Assembly: GCA_010015585.1 (NCBI GenBank) | Contig: ML975155.1 | Direction: 5' to 3' (one strand) | DNA: 64,000 nucleotides | Origin: Eremomyces bilateralis CBS 781.70 | Taxonomy: Eukaryota | Shown here: piece after piece, positions 51,910 through 64,000 of the stretch | Position numbering within the stretch: position 1 is the first letter of the stretch | Layout: every line of letters begins with the position of its first letter | Notes under the pieces: model-generated | Databases searched by the model: none | The model's input: the letters and a program-made list of their open reading frames with translations, nothing else | What the model was told of the DNA's origin: nothing | Position numbers and translations under genes: made by a program

Positions 51910-54904
51910 GGCGGGCAGAAAAAATCACGATCGCTGCGGTTGTTGATGGTCCAGTCGAGATCGGAGACGCGTAAATCGACGTGTTTCGATTGCTGAGAGG
52001 GTTGTGGGAGGATGTGTTGAGGATCGGAAGCTGAAGAGGGCGCCAGATCTGCGCGCGGCCAGGTCGGTAAGGCTGAGTACAAGCGAGGTGAATTCAATCC
52101 AATGTTTTGTACTATATTCCCCCAACCAAGTTAGTAAACATGTGGCAACTCGAACTGCACAAGATGCGAATTAGAGGCCTTGCAGCAATACCTGATATAG
52201 AGCAAGAAGTTCACGATGTCGGGTAAGGGATGAGTGGAGGAGCTTACCGGGAAGAAGTAAGCGCCGGAGGCTAATATGGAGATCCAAAGGTTGCAGGTGG
52301 AGCGAATATGGCATCCGTAAGCTATCATGGGTAGTGCAAGAAACCAAAAAGCTCAAGAAGGATAACTTGAACGTGGTAACGAATGCTGGATAGAGAGGTG
52401 AATGGGGATGGGAGAGGGAGGAGTGTGAATGAGGGATGAGGGATGAAGAGGAATGCGAGAGATGTGAGAGAGTGAAAGGTGAGAGAGGGAGAGTTGGGAT
52501 GGGAGAGCGGGAAGGTGCCGGGCAATTGGGCGAATGGGAGGGGAAGGCGCTATGCTGTGCTCCTGCTGTCCAACTGCTGTGCCTGTCTGCCCTGAAAGCT
52601 TTGGTGCACTACAAACGCCAGTGCAGCAATTCCTTACAGCGAATCCCTTGCTTCCCCTCCAGCTTTGTCACAAATCTCTACTCTGGGCTCTGGCATTCTG
52701 ACAGTCTCTCATGCTCTCTCAGTCTAAACTAGTATCTCTTATCAGACGATACAGCGATGCTGTTCTACAACTTCCTATCCAATCAATCCATACCAGCTTA
52801 CCCATCATGCTGCACTTCTCTCACCTGCACCAACTTTGCCGAGCCCAGCTGTCGTTTCACCCCCCGTACCCACCGTGCTGCAATCGTCCGATCTGCTAAC
52901 TCCTAACTAAGCCTCTGATCCCTCATTTATTGGGGCAGGAATCGGGAGGCTTTCTTGCCAAAATCCCAACTAATCCTCCGTCCCAATTTTCCATCGTCAT
53001 ACCCACGATGCCGGTGGTTCTTAGCCTAGGAATCGGGCGGTGGTGGCTTGGGCTGGAACAGGTTGCAAAGACGAACGTGCACCGCCCACAAAGGCGAGGG
53101 ACTGGGCGGTTCTTTTTTTCTCCGGTGCACGCCCAATTCCATCGCAACACTCCGAAATCTTCGAGATTTATGCCATCAAATATGAGCGGGATCCATTCCA
53201 TAGAATATTATCTCTTTTACAGCTCCTCGTGGTCGAGAGGCGCGGCATTTCCAGCGTCGAGCATTCCAATGTTTACATTCACGGCGCGTCGACAGGGGCA
53301 AGACGCGTCAAGCTTATTCCCGTCCAGTCACCTCATGCCTCATGGTGCAGCAGATGAAAGCACCGCATCTCGTGTTCACCTCCTCACTAAGCTGCAAAAC
53401 CGCTCAACATTTGACCTTCGCACCAGTTGCGTATCTCGTCCCCCTTCGTTCCTTGCACTAGGAACCGCTGATCCCCTTGATTAACCCGTCCTTTGCACTT
53501 GGCACTCTCGCCTGCACCCCAGATAGATTGCTTTCGCAGCAGGGCTCCCGCCAACCCATCCCCAACAGGTCTGGCGTGCTTCTGTCTCCTCAGTCCTCAC
53601 ACAGCGACCATCAGCTATCAATTGTCGCCAAACCGTCCATCGCCAATATGACCCCGTGCAACCCTGCTGATGCTCGAAGGAGCAAGAGGCGCAGACGTTG
53701 CAGTCATCCCGAGCGCATCATGATTGATTCGCTCAGTGTCGTGCGAGACCGAACATGTGGTGGCAGCCGGCGTGTCACAGGCGCGTGCATTCTCGGCCAA
53801 TCGATCGCCTCGCTCAGGCCACGCTAGCTGATTCCCCGACCGGATCCATCGTCACCACTTCCGAAGTTTGGTTCTGTAGCCGACGTCTTATGCGGTTATG
53901 CCGTATCGTACTGTAGATAGTAGTGACTGGGACAAAGAATACTTAACGACGCCATCGGCTGCAATCAATAATACTATGAATTACTATGAAAGATTGGAAA
54001 CATATTATAAGGTATGTGAATTCATGTTTGGGGCTGGGACTGTCTGGTTCCAAAGGTTAGTTGGCAGGATCGACAATTCCGATATCAACTTCATCTTTAA
54101 ACTCTTGTCGTAGCAGGTAGTGGAATTATCATCTCTCGACACCTGCATAGGAACATAGCCCGTAAGGAGATGATATATCCTAGTAACTTTTATAAATCCC
54201 AAACGCCGAATTGTCTTATCATGATAGAAACAAGTCTTTGACGATTATATTTTGGCCCGGTATCAAACCGTCGCTCTTCGAGCAGGAAATATTTCTCTAT
54301 AGTCATTTCGCATCCCAACATATCCGCACGACTTTTATTGCTCCAACTTTGCAACACCTTCAAGTCACCTTATCAATATGCCAATTCTAGAGAAAAGCCA
54401 TGCTCTCCATGAGCACAACATCGAATGAGATGGACGAGGAATAGCTGGGAAATATTCGTGATTTAGCCTTCGTATAGACCCCCAAGGACACCAGAACCAA
54501 GAATCCAGTCTAGGGAAGGCGTTGATGGACACCCTGACATCAACTTCAGAACCCTCGCTGCACTACCTCTCGCAGCCGATATCAAACTACTCACAGCGCC
54601 AGGAAATGCACCGGGGGCCTGCGTACAAACCATTTCCCGCACGGCTTTAAACCGCAGTTCTCGGTCCCGACACTGGAGGGAAAGAGGTATGTACGGAGCT
54701 TGACTTGGTAGATGGCGTTGAATGTCGTGGCAACTGCGGCGTGAGTGGATATCGGGACGACATGGCCTCGTGGGACGGTGAGAAGACATGGTTGCTGAGT
54801 ACGGATGGTATCCGTCAGGAAAGTTGGCGACGTGGAGCGACGTAGAGCGGTGATGGTGATATATCCCCTGAACGAAACCTCTCCCCACGGGGTACGTACA
54901 TGGT

Positions 54905-56476
54905 CTAAAAATCGTCCGCGTGCGGCTCGTCTCGGCTCCTCACCAGCCCCACCGCCTCCCGTACCTCCGAGAGCTTCAACGCGGTGCCTAACGTCGCCAT
55001 CTTCCCTCCCGCCCATCGAGCCTCCTGCAGCTCCCTCCGTCCATCCGGGCTCTTCGTCAGCCACTCATACTTGACCCGGAACGGCATCAGCTCGTCCGAC
55101 ACCGCCTGCGCGACCACCCCCTTCAAGAGCTTCAACCGCATTGGCACCGCGAACTTGATCGTGTCCGCCTTGAGCTCCGCGAAGTCGTAGTTCCGCCCCT
55201 CGCGCCGCAGCTTCAGCTCGTACATCCAGGTGAGGATGTCGATGAGGTTTGCGATCCCCGGCCGATGCACGGGGTCGTAGCTCGTGCCCCCCTGGATCGA
55301 GTCCGTCGTCGCATACCGGATCTTCTCCTGGATCACCTCCGGGCTGTCGGTGAGCAGGATGCGCGACCAGTCGGACGGGTCGGACTTGGACATCTTGCGC
55401 GCGGGGTCGGTGAGCGAGCGCACGCGCTTGGCGGGGGAGATGAGGGTTTGCGGGGGGAGGAGGATCGGTTTTGTGGGGCTGTAGAGGTGGTTGAAGGTGT
55501 CGGCGAGGTCGCGCGCGAACTCGAGGTGTTGCGCCTGGTCCTCGCCCACCGGGACGTGGGTTGCCCTGGATTCGTTAGTCGCGGTTGGAGAAAGAAAACC
55601 ATCTCCCTTACCCATGAATGAGGATGTCTGCAGCTTGTAGCACGGGGTAGGAGAAAAGCCCGAGTTTTTGCGCCGCCCGAGCCGACTCGGAGGACACTTC
55701 TGGCGCGGGGTTGGCCCGGTCTCCAAGCCCTGCGCCGCCCTCGACGATTTGTCCGGTTTTACTCTGGATGAATGTGAGCGCGGTGCGGATCGAAATCGAC
55801 AGGACCCTCGTATACCTTCCACTGCGTCATCCGGCTCAAATTCCCCATCGACGTGAGACAGGAGAGAATCCACATCAGCTCCATCCGGCGAGGCAGCTGC
55901 ACAGCGCTCCATCAGCTTTTCTTCTTCCCAAGCATATCCCACCTGTCATCCATTCTCCCGAACTTCCGCACACTCACGCACCTGATTCTGAAAGAACACC
56001 CCAACCTGCACCCCCCGTTCCATCCGCGTCTCCGGTGTGATCCCCACCGCTAACAAGCTCGCCAACCCTCGCCACGACCGCTTCCGCAACTTCTCTGGCT
56101 CCGGCCGCGTCGTCAACGCATGCATATCCACGATACTAAACAGCAGCACGTCGTCGGGCACCGCGTCCCGCTGTATCTGCCGCCACGGCGCCAGCGCGCC
56201 CAAGTAGTTCCCTAGATGCGGGATCCCCGTGGGCTGGATGCCGGAGAAGACCACGCGCGGGGGCCGTTTCTTGCGGGACGGGCGGGGGGCGGGGTCCATG
56301 TATTTCGGGTCGGTCTCGATCGGGGGGTTGTTCGGTCGGCGACATGTTGCGTGGAAGCTTCGTGTGGAGGGTTGATGGGGTGGAGGCCGTTGGGGGGCGC
56401 CCGAAAGGACGCGGGAGAAAGATGCTATGGCATTATGAGAGCGTGGTGGGGGGTGGGAGAAGGAAATGAGGGACAT
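54905..56476 (-). CDS. MSW1: Mitochondrial tryptophanyl-tRNA synthetase, 3 introns
   Basis: Arg/Ser-rich presequence; FSGIQPTGIPHLGNYLGA; ELMWILSC..LSRMTQWK; LFSYPVLQAADIL; VPVGEDQ; KMSKSD. Confidence 0.93.
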
Positions 56477-56983
56477 TAGTTGGAGCCTCCGAGTATCATA
56501 TTAAATATATAGATAAAGAGAGAAAGCGCAAATGGAGAAGGTTGCCATGGATTGACATGAGGTTGAAATGTTCTACCATAGCGCCAAGCCCTAAAATAAT
56601 AATGTGAGGTGACCCTAGTTAGTTAGTTAATAATGGTTCTGACGGAGTTGCTGTGCTGTTAATAGATCAACGTCATGAAGCCACGCAGGTTGGACAAGCA
56701 CCGCCTCAACTTCTTCCAACTTCCTTCTCTGCTTTGATCCATCGGGATTAGATCTCCTTATAATTCTTCACTCATTATCCAACGACTGCATAAATCCCTT
56801 TAATTCTACCCTTCACGATCTAGCTTAGTACCTGACGCAACGATCATCAACGAGAATATTCCTCATCCACCCGACAAGTCAACCGAACGACCGAGCCACC
56901 CGCACACAAGCACCTCTGTCCGACCATTCGACGATTTGAAGTTACGAACGGCATTTAATAGTGACTAGAGACACCGCATCAAG

Positions 56984-58028
56984 ATGTCGTGGTCCGGTAA
57001 GACCCCAAGCCGCTGTTCACGGCTCCATTGCGACCGCCATAGCTCCCCCGAACTTCGTAGCTAACGTGCGACGTAGGCTTCAAGAAGAATCTGAACCGCG
57101 CGACGACGCAGGTGATGATGAAAGCGGGCCAGGTGGAGAAGACAAATGATCGCGATTTTGAGACGGAACTGCGGTAAGCCACTTCGACCCATTTATCCTC
57201 TACCGATCGGCGGTTTGAACGTGGTCTGACCGGAGTCGGATATGCAGGCGCTACCGCACGATGGAAACAGCGGCGATGAAACTACAGAAAGAGGCACGGG
57301 GCTATCTGGACTCACTACGAGGTATGCGAACTTTAAAATTCGGAGTCTCGAGCGTATGCTGACGACATGGAGCCATGACCGCTTCGCAAATGCGGATTGC
57401 GGAGACGATCGATGCGTTCTATGGCGATGCGGGCACTCGTGACGGTGTAAGCCGGTCATATAAGAAAGCCGTGGACGATCTCGACGCCGAGACGGTCAAG
57501 GCATTGGATGGACCATACCGGTAGACCGCCCTCTACCATCTCTTCCCTACGAAAACCGACTAACCAACCTCCAGCACCTGCGTCCTCGAACCTATCGAGC
57601 GGTTCTGCGCCTACTTCCCGGACATCAACGAATGCATCAAAAAGCGGCAACACAAGCTGACCGACTACGACGGGACGCGGGCCAAGGTAAAGAAGCTCGT
57701 CGAGAAACCCGACAAGGACGTCACCAAGCTGCCCACCGCCGAGAAGGAGGCCGAGACCGCCAAGCAGGCCTACGAGGTCATGAACGACCAGATGGTCACC
57801 GAACTGCCGCAGCTGATCGACCTGCGCGTGCCCTACCTCGACCCCAGCTTCGAGGCCCTCGTGAAGATCCAGCTGCGCTTTTGCGCCGAGGCGTACAGCC
57901 GGATGGCCCAGGTGCAGCAGTATTTGGATAAGGATACGCGGGATCAGTATGCGGAGGGCCAGTTGGATGCGAGGGTGGAGGAGGTGTTGCATGAGATTCG
58001 GAATTTGAGCATAGCCGGGACGGTTTAA
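56984..58028 (+). CDS. RVS161: BAR-domain amphiphysin Rvs161/Hob3, 4 introns
   Basis: MSWSG|FKKNLNRATTQVMMK; AMTASQMRIAETIDAFY; ELPQLIDLRVPYLDPSFEALVKIQLRFC; LSIAGTV*. Confidence 0.95.
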
Positions 58029-60069
58029 TGAGGGGTTGCTGTCTTTTTTTCTGGAGTCACTGAGGAATGCTGTTGTCATCGGACGTGGGCGTTAGAGAAG
58101 TTCTTTTTCTGCCCGCTGTCTCGTACCTATGACATTGTTCTAGCTGACAGAACAACCAAGGATCGAATCATTTTCTCACTTGCCATCTGAAGGTCCGACT
58201 ACATATCCCGGGAGATTTTCACTCCGTGGTTAATCTGCTTCGAACTGTTGGACACTGAGGCGGTTCGCCAATGGTCTCACTGCACCTTGACAAATATATA
58301 TCCCTAACAAACGATATTACTCATTCTTCTGCGGCCGGCATCTGGCCAATGCTATCTTCTGACACTGTGGCGTTTTCCTTTATCCCTCAAGCTGCACAGT
58401 CACTCCGATGCATTTAGCAGATCCCACGACGACCGGGATGACTTCTAGAACGGCTCTGGAATCTCGGGCAAAAAAGGGATGGAATTCCCCCAACCTACGA
58501 TCCTCGCGGATCAATCGGACCCGGAGTACATCGTACATCGGATGAGCATACTAATGTGAACTTTCGAATGCCTTTGCCATGTCTCTCTTGGCCATCGCGC
58601 ACGAGCAACAAGCCTGCAAGCGGAGCAGCTAGACGCACCGGAGGCGTCCGATATTCTGTTAACAATAAAGCTGAGTAGGCGAAAGGAAGTCGAAAAGTCA
58701 CATCACCTCTCAGTTAAATGGCTTAGTATGAGAAGCACTAGTACCACTGTACCAGGTACTACAGGTACGTCCTTACCGAGCGCTTCTAGTAATCAAGCGG
58801 CTACTGCCACGTTGGATTGGCGTAGGTACATTTAACATTGCCCTTCAGCCCGCCACCAAGCATGGCAAAGCGAAATATGGCCGCTCCAAATCCAAATCAC
58901 CTGCATCCATGAAACTAAAGCCTAGGTGCCTTCTAAACGACCATGTTCGTTCCTTGCAGGCGGAGAGCGGTCTCGACCGATCTCAACCACCATCCATGCC
59001 CCGAAGCGGCTAGCGCCATCAGTAGCGCCACAGCGCCAAAGAGATCAAATCATGACGACGGAGTGTCTGACAAGCGAAACTTCCTGTCATTCTTCGCTAG
59101 ATGAGCTAAGAAAGCTTGTAATATCATTTACAGCTGGGGAGTCGATGAGATGCATGTATGATTCTAGACGCAGATGGTGCTTAGGTTCTCCTCTATGCGG
59201 AGTGAAGCCCTCAGGTAGGTACTTTGTGGTTCTCCTCGAGATGAGAGGGGATCATGGGAGGTATCATTGTTGTCTTGATGAATGGCAATCAGCTCAATCA
59301 TTGACAAATATGACGTCCATCGTCAACCCTTGGAGCTCGTATCGATATCATCGAAAATCAATCTGGACCCGATCCCCAGTTCCAGGACACTGGTCTCGCA
59401 AGATGGCGCCCGCAAATCACCGCAAATCACCACCATGCCATCAAGGGGTGACCCTTGGAATCTGTAGAATGTAGACCAGTCGTGCACATGGCGCTGAGCT
59501 TCATTCCAGTCAAATTCCACCTCTTCCAACCACCTCACACGGATCACAATTCACAACTCCCACGAGCCCACGAGGCGGTATGACCCAGGTCGCGTGAGAT
59601 GGGACCTGCACTCTAGCCTCAATCGGTGGGACGGTGTCTTCTCCTGCTACGAATCCGACCAAGCCATGCTCGATAAGTCCTTAGGCGGCGCTGGATCTAA
59701 GTTTTCTGGGGGCCGCAGTCTAACTGTTTGGAGTCTCACGATGCTCGCCTGTAGCCCGATTGGCTTCTTCACTGGATTCGTACTCAATGCCGGGAGTTGA
59801 GAAGCCTGCGAAGCTTCCCCTGACTACTGTATGGTTATCCAAAGATGCGGAGGCTCGCAAAGAGACTGACCACGATCTCCGTATATCCTTTAAAGTCCTC
59901 ACGATGCCTTGGTCTCGAGTCTAGATCTTATTCTTGTCAATCCTTCTTTTGCGACCACACTACTTACGTCGCATCGCCTCAGTCTCTCGTTGAGAAGCAT
60001 ACACTCGTTTTTCATTGTTTGTCCAATTTACCACTCTTTTAATATTTGCAGCATCATTTCTTGCATTCT

Positions 60070-63054
60070 ATGAAGTTCCTACTCACTCTCGCGGCCCTCG
60101 CGGCTATGGGAGCCCATGCCATACCTACGGCAGGGTCTCTCTCCCATACGCAAGATCAGCGCCCCGTCGTCTACGAATACATCTAAGTTGATGGATATGG
60201 CAATAAGCTCAGTGGCCCAGATAGCTGTAGCATTGTCTCTGGCTCTGGTTCTGGTTCTAGCCACGGCTCTGGTTATGACTCAAGCAGTTCCAGTGCGCCC
60301 ACTGTATTGAAGCCTGTCATTCCATCTATCATCAAGCCTTCTTCTCTCGACAACGTTGTCCCTTGTCCTGCGGACAAACCTAATAGCCTCTACTTTTCTT
60401 CTGGATCTGGAGGTGTGTGCCACCAATATTTCCGCACACCGAAAGCCGGAACCTGGACTTACTCTTTTACAGCTTCTCAATCAGTCGATGCGTTCGCCAA
60501 CCTCCACTTTACTCATCCTTCCGTCGTATTGGACCACTGCGGCTACCTGGTAGTTGAATTCTCTGGCAATTCCCTCCTCATCCGATTCAGCAGCCTCGCC
60601 GCGTATAACGCTGCTAAGAACCACTGGAAAGGGTTGGATCAGTTCTTCCTCATCAACAGTGCCGCAGGCTGTGCAAGCAAGGCGGGTGGGCAATACTGCT
60701 TCTTCTTGGCCATCATATGCACCTTCGACGATAGCACGAACACTATCATTTGTTCGGGTTCCCCCAAGGCACCCGAGGACGCATGCACCGATTACGACAT
60801 TGGTTGGGGTCCACCTGCTTCGCCCGGAAACGGTGGCACCACCCCAGGTGGTGGCTCCGGAGGCTCTGGAGGCAATGGTGGCTCTGGTGGCTCAACTCCC
60901 CCTTCAAACGGGACCAACACCACATGTGTTGCCCCAGTAGATACCGAGTATGGTCTACCCACTGCCTGCTTGGGTCCGTACTTTGACGATGACCTCCACT
61001 TTACCATCGGGTACACCGACGCCAGTCAAGCATCGTGGGCTGCACATGCTGCGCCGTTCCTTAACAATGTCGCGCTCGAAGGCTCCACAACGAAGCGCTC
61101 CACCGAGGAGCGTGGTGGGTTGGATATTTCTCGGACAAGTTCGCTAAGGGAAAGGCAGCGATCCAGAAGGGTGCCGCCGCCGTCGGGAATGCTCTTAACA
61201 ATATCCCGGCCATCACCAAGAATGTCAACATCAATACCGGCTCCCTGACGATGAATGTGAAGACACCCAAACAGCAGCCGGTTTCCAAGGGTTCCCCGTG
61301 GCCCAATTCTCGCCTTATCCGTAAGGGGATTCCAAACGAAGTCAAACTCAAGGAGTTCGGAAAAGGAGGCAAAGGCACGATCGATCTTGAGTCGGCTCTT
61401 GATATTTACTGTGTAGACTGCGGCATCGAGGGCAAGGTTGTATCACAGGGTCGCATCAGCGGAAAAATAATTGGCGGGGTCGACAATGGCTTCATCGATG
61501 TTCGCATGGATATGGCGGCGAGTCTATTCGTTGGTATCGTTGGAAACATCTCGGTCACTCTACCGAAGTGGACCATTGAGTATGGGAACTTCCCGTTGAC
61601 CCCCCCACGCCTCTTACCATCCCTGGTTTGGTCGACCTTGGGCTCTCCGCCTCTATGGCGGTCGATGCCGCAGTTAAGCTTAGCCTTGACGATGCGAAAA
61701 TTCTTGCCGGTGGTACTCTTGGTTGGAAGGGTGCCCATGTCCATGCTAGATTTGGTAGCGAAAAATCCTATGCTAGGTGAGTTGGCTTGACCCCCACGAT
61801 TTTGGAAAGATGACTGACAGATGCAGTGGCTGGACCCCCGAGTTCAAACCATCCTTCAAGGCCGAGGGATCCATCGGCGTCGCTATTGACATCGGTCTTC
61901 CCTTTGAGATCTCCTTGGGAGTCAAATTCCTAAACACCAAGATGGGAACTATCGGAACCGTCTGGGGAGAACGGCCGTCAATCGAGATCAAGGGGTCGAT
62001 CGCCGGCAAAATCGAGGCTGGGAACGGCCCGGTTCAAGGGGAGTTTGGCGATGAGGAATGCAAAGGCATCAAGACCGGCATCGAGCTGAAGAACGACACG
62101 GCCATCAAGCTGCGTGCTGGAGCACTTACCACGAAGCTCACCGACGTCGGCAAGCCCTTAAGCAAGGAACTGAAGAAAGGATGCATCGCCCTCATCAAGA
62201 AGAAGATCAAGCGCGACTTCCCGCTCCTTGGACGCCAGGTTACCAACGGCACCGTATCTGGAAACAGCACCGAGGAAGAGTTCTTCATGTCTCCGGACTT
62301 CCTCATCGACCAGACCGCCGTGGGCAACGCATCGGACCCGCTGGAAGAGTACAACTTCCCTTCCCAGGAAATCTCGGCCTACAACCGCACCGACAATCTC
62401 GAGTTCATCGGCCTCCTCGATTTCACCCAGGAGTACATGGCCACAGCATGTGGTAACGGCAACATGTACCTCCAGATCGCCCAGAACGAGGCCGTCCTTG
62501 ATGCCTCTGGTTGCGGTCCTCTCTTCGCGTGCGACTGGGACAGTGACACCGTCCTCGGCGACGGTTCCGGCCGCATTGCTTACTTCCACTCCGACGTCAT
62601 GGAGAAGGTCGGCGTGTCGCGACTCCGGTTCGCCAGCACGGCATACTTTCCCGCCGGCGCTCAGTACGTGTCCTTCGTGCCATACGAAGCGGAGGAGGGC
62701 TGGATATATCTTCCGCCCGACGACGCGGGCAACGTCTACGGCACCGCGGTCTGCACGTACAAGGGTCCCGCGCTGCCCGCCAAGCTGTTCGCGATCAATG
62801 ACCCGGAGACGGCGATCGAGGTACTCATGAGCCCGGATGTGAAGTATAGCATCACCGGAGGCGACGTGGAGGATTGCTTCTCCCTACCGCTACGCGAGGG
62901 AGATGACGAGCCCGATGCCGCGTGGAGTGGAGTGGGTGAGGGTGACGCTTGGGAAGATGATTGGGTGGAGGAGTGGACCGAGGAGGACTTCTTTGATTTG
63001 ATCTCGGGAATGACCGATGAGGAGTTTGATGCGTGGTTGGCGGAAGATTGGTAG
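60070..63054 (+). pseudogene. Large secreted Cys/Gly-containing protein gene with one premature stop and two frameshifts
   Basis: Signal peptide MKFLLTLAALAAMGAHA; TAA at 60184; frame changes near 61115 and at the C7 run near 61600; YCVDCG motif; intron GTGAGT..CTGAC..CAG approx 61777-61827; acidic C-terminus. Confidence 0.7.
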
Positions 63055-64000
63055 ATGGTGATCCGCACATAAACGAAAAAGGTGGAGTTTGACGATATCA
63101 AGATTATAATTCATGTTAATAGTTTCCCTTCGAATGCTTGCATGGCAGAGTCTGAGATGAAAACAACATGTAAATTTACATATGCTATTTGTATACTCTG
63201 AAGACTTAATAGATAGAGCGGCCAGTATAGAAACTTCTTGGCTGTGTTTGAACTATAAATGCCACCATATCGGCCATTCACAGTACGAGTCGACCCCAAT
63301 ACGGCTCGTGAAGATGTGAGATAAATAGCGGTTTCGTTCAATCAGGTGATTAATGCAGCGACACGGTGGAAAAACACCGTTAGATTCCAAAAGAGCGTAG
63401 ATAGATTGAACTTGATCCTGAAGAGCCGGATCCTACGAAAACAGGCTGTTCCTTTATATGGTTTACAATGGTGATCTTTTCCCTAAAAAGGGAAAGAATA
63501 GGGGTATAGAATCGAATGCGGAATGAAGCCGTGGGAAAACGCCAAGAAACACGATATTCTGTGACAGAAGGACTCAAATCGACTGGAACAGCTCGCGAGG
63601 GCCACATATGATGCGAATTTGGCGGTCAGGATTGACATGTTTCAGTTCTCTCAACCATATCCGGGAAGGATCGACGATCGTACACGATCGATTAGACATT
63701 TTAACGAGATAAATGCATTACTGCAGCCGTCTAGGGGGAGAGCTTGGAGTCGATGAAGTTGAGAACTTGAGATAGGAGACGGGGAGCTTAGTCAACACTG
63801 AAATCACATGACTGCTGAATCAGCTTTACACCTCAGGCAATAATGTTTGCAATTCCGACGGACTGCAGTGGCCACGCATGCTGTCGAGTGTCGACATCTG
63901 ATGGACCGGAGGTTGTGAACGGCAAGCAAACAACTCCACTGGAAAGCTCCCTATCTGTGATTTACCAGTCAACATCATTCAAAAAGCCTGCAGCACTGGT

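Noticed and set aside
58400..60050. ORFs of 60-182 aa downstream of RVS161
   Set aside because: No motifs or codon bias; likely intergenic.

Overview
Filamentous ascomycete (Pezizomycotina) genomic DNA with spliceosomal introns, in two clearly different parts. (1) About 1-11,400 is an accessory, repeat-rich segment that looks like the captain-proximal end of a degenerate Starship element running on the minus strand out of the left edge. It holds a RIP-inactivated DUF3435-type tyrosine recombinase gene (10713 to ~7900), a RIP-mutated SET-domain pseudogene, three short solo LTRs each with a perfect 5-bp TSD, several tandem and dispersed repeats, and an apparently intact HET-domain gene. The HET gene carries two near-identical tandem introns separated by a 3-nt micro-exon. 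(2) About 11,800-58,000 is gene-dense core genome: a P450, FYV10, RBG2, CWC2, a Cut12-like gene, GCN2, UBC1, RPT2, cystathionine beta-lyase, aminopeptidase P, an importin-beta, PDX1, FUN14, ORC2, AOS1, a Sep1-like forkhead factor, mitochondrial TrpRS and RVS161. A disrupted gene for a large secreted protein lies at 60070-63054. All calls come from manual motif recognition and hand-splicing; no searches were run, so exon boundaries and family names need confirmation.
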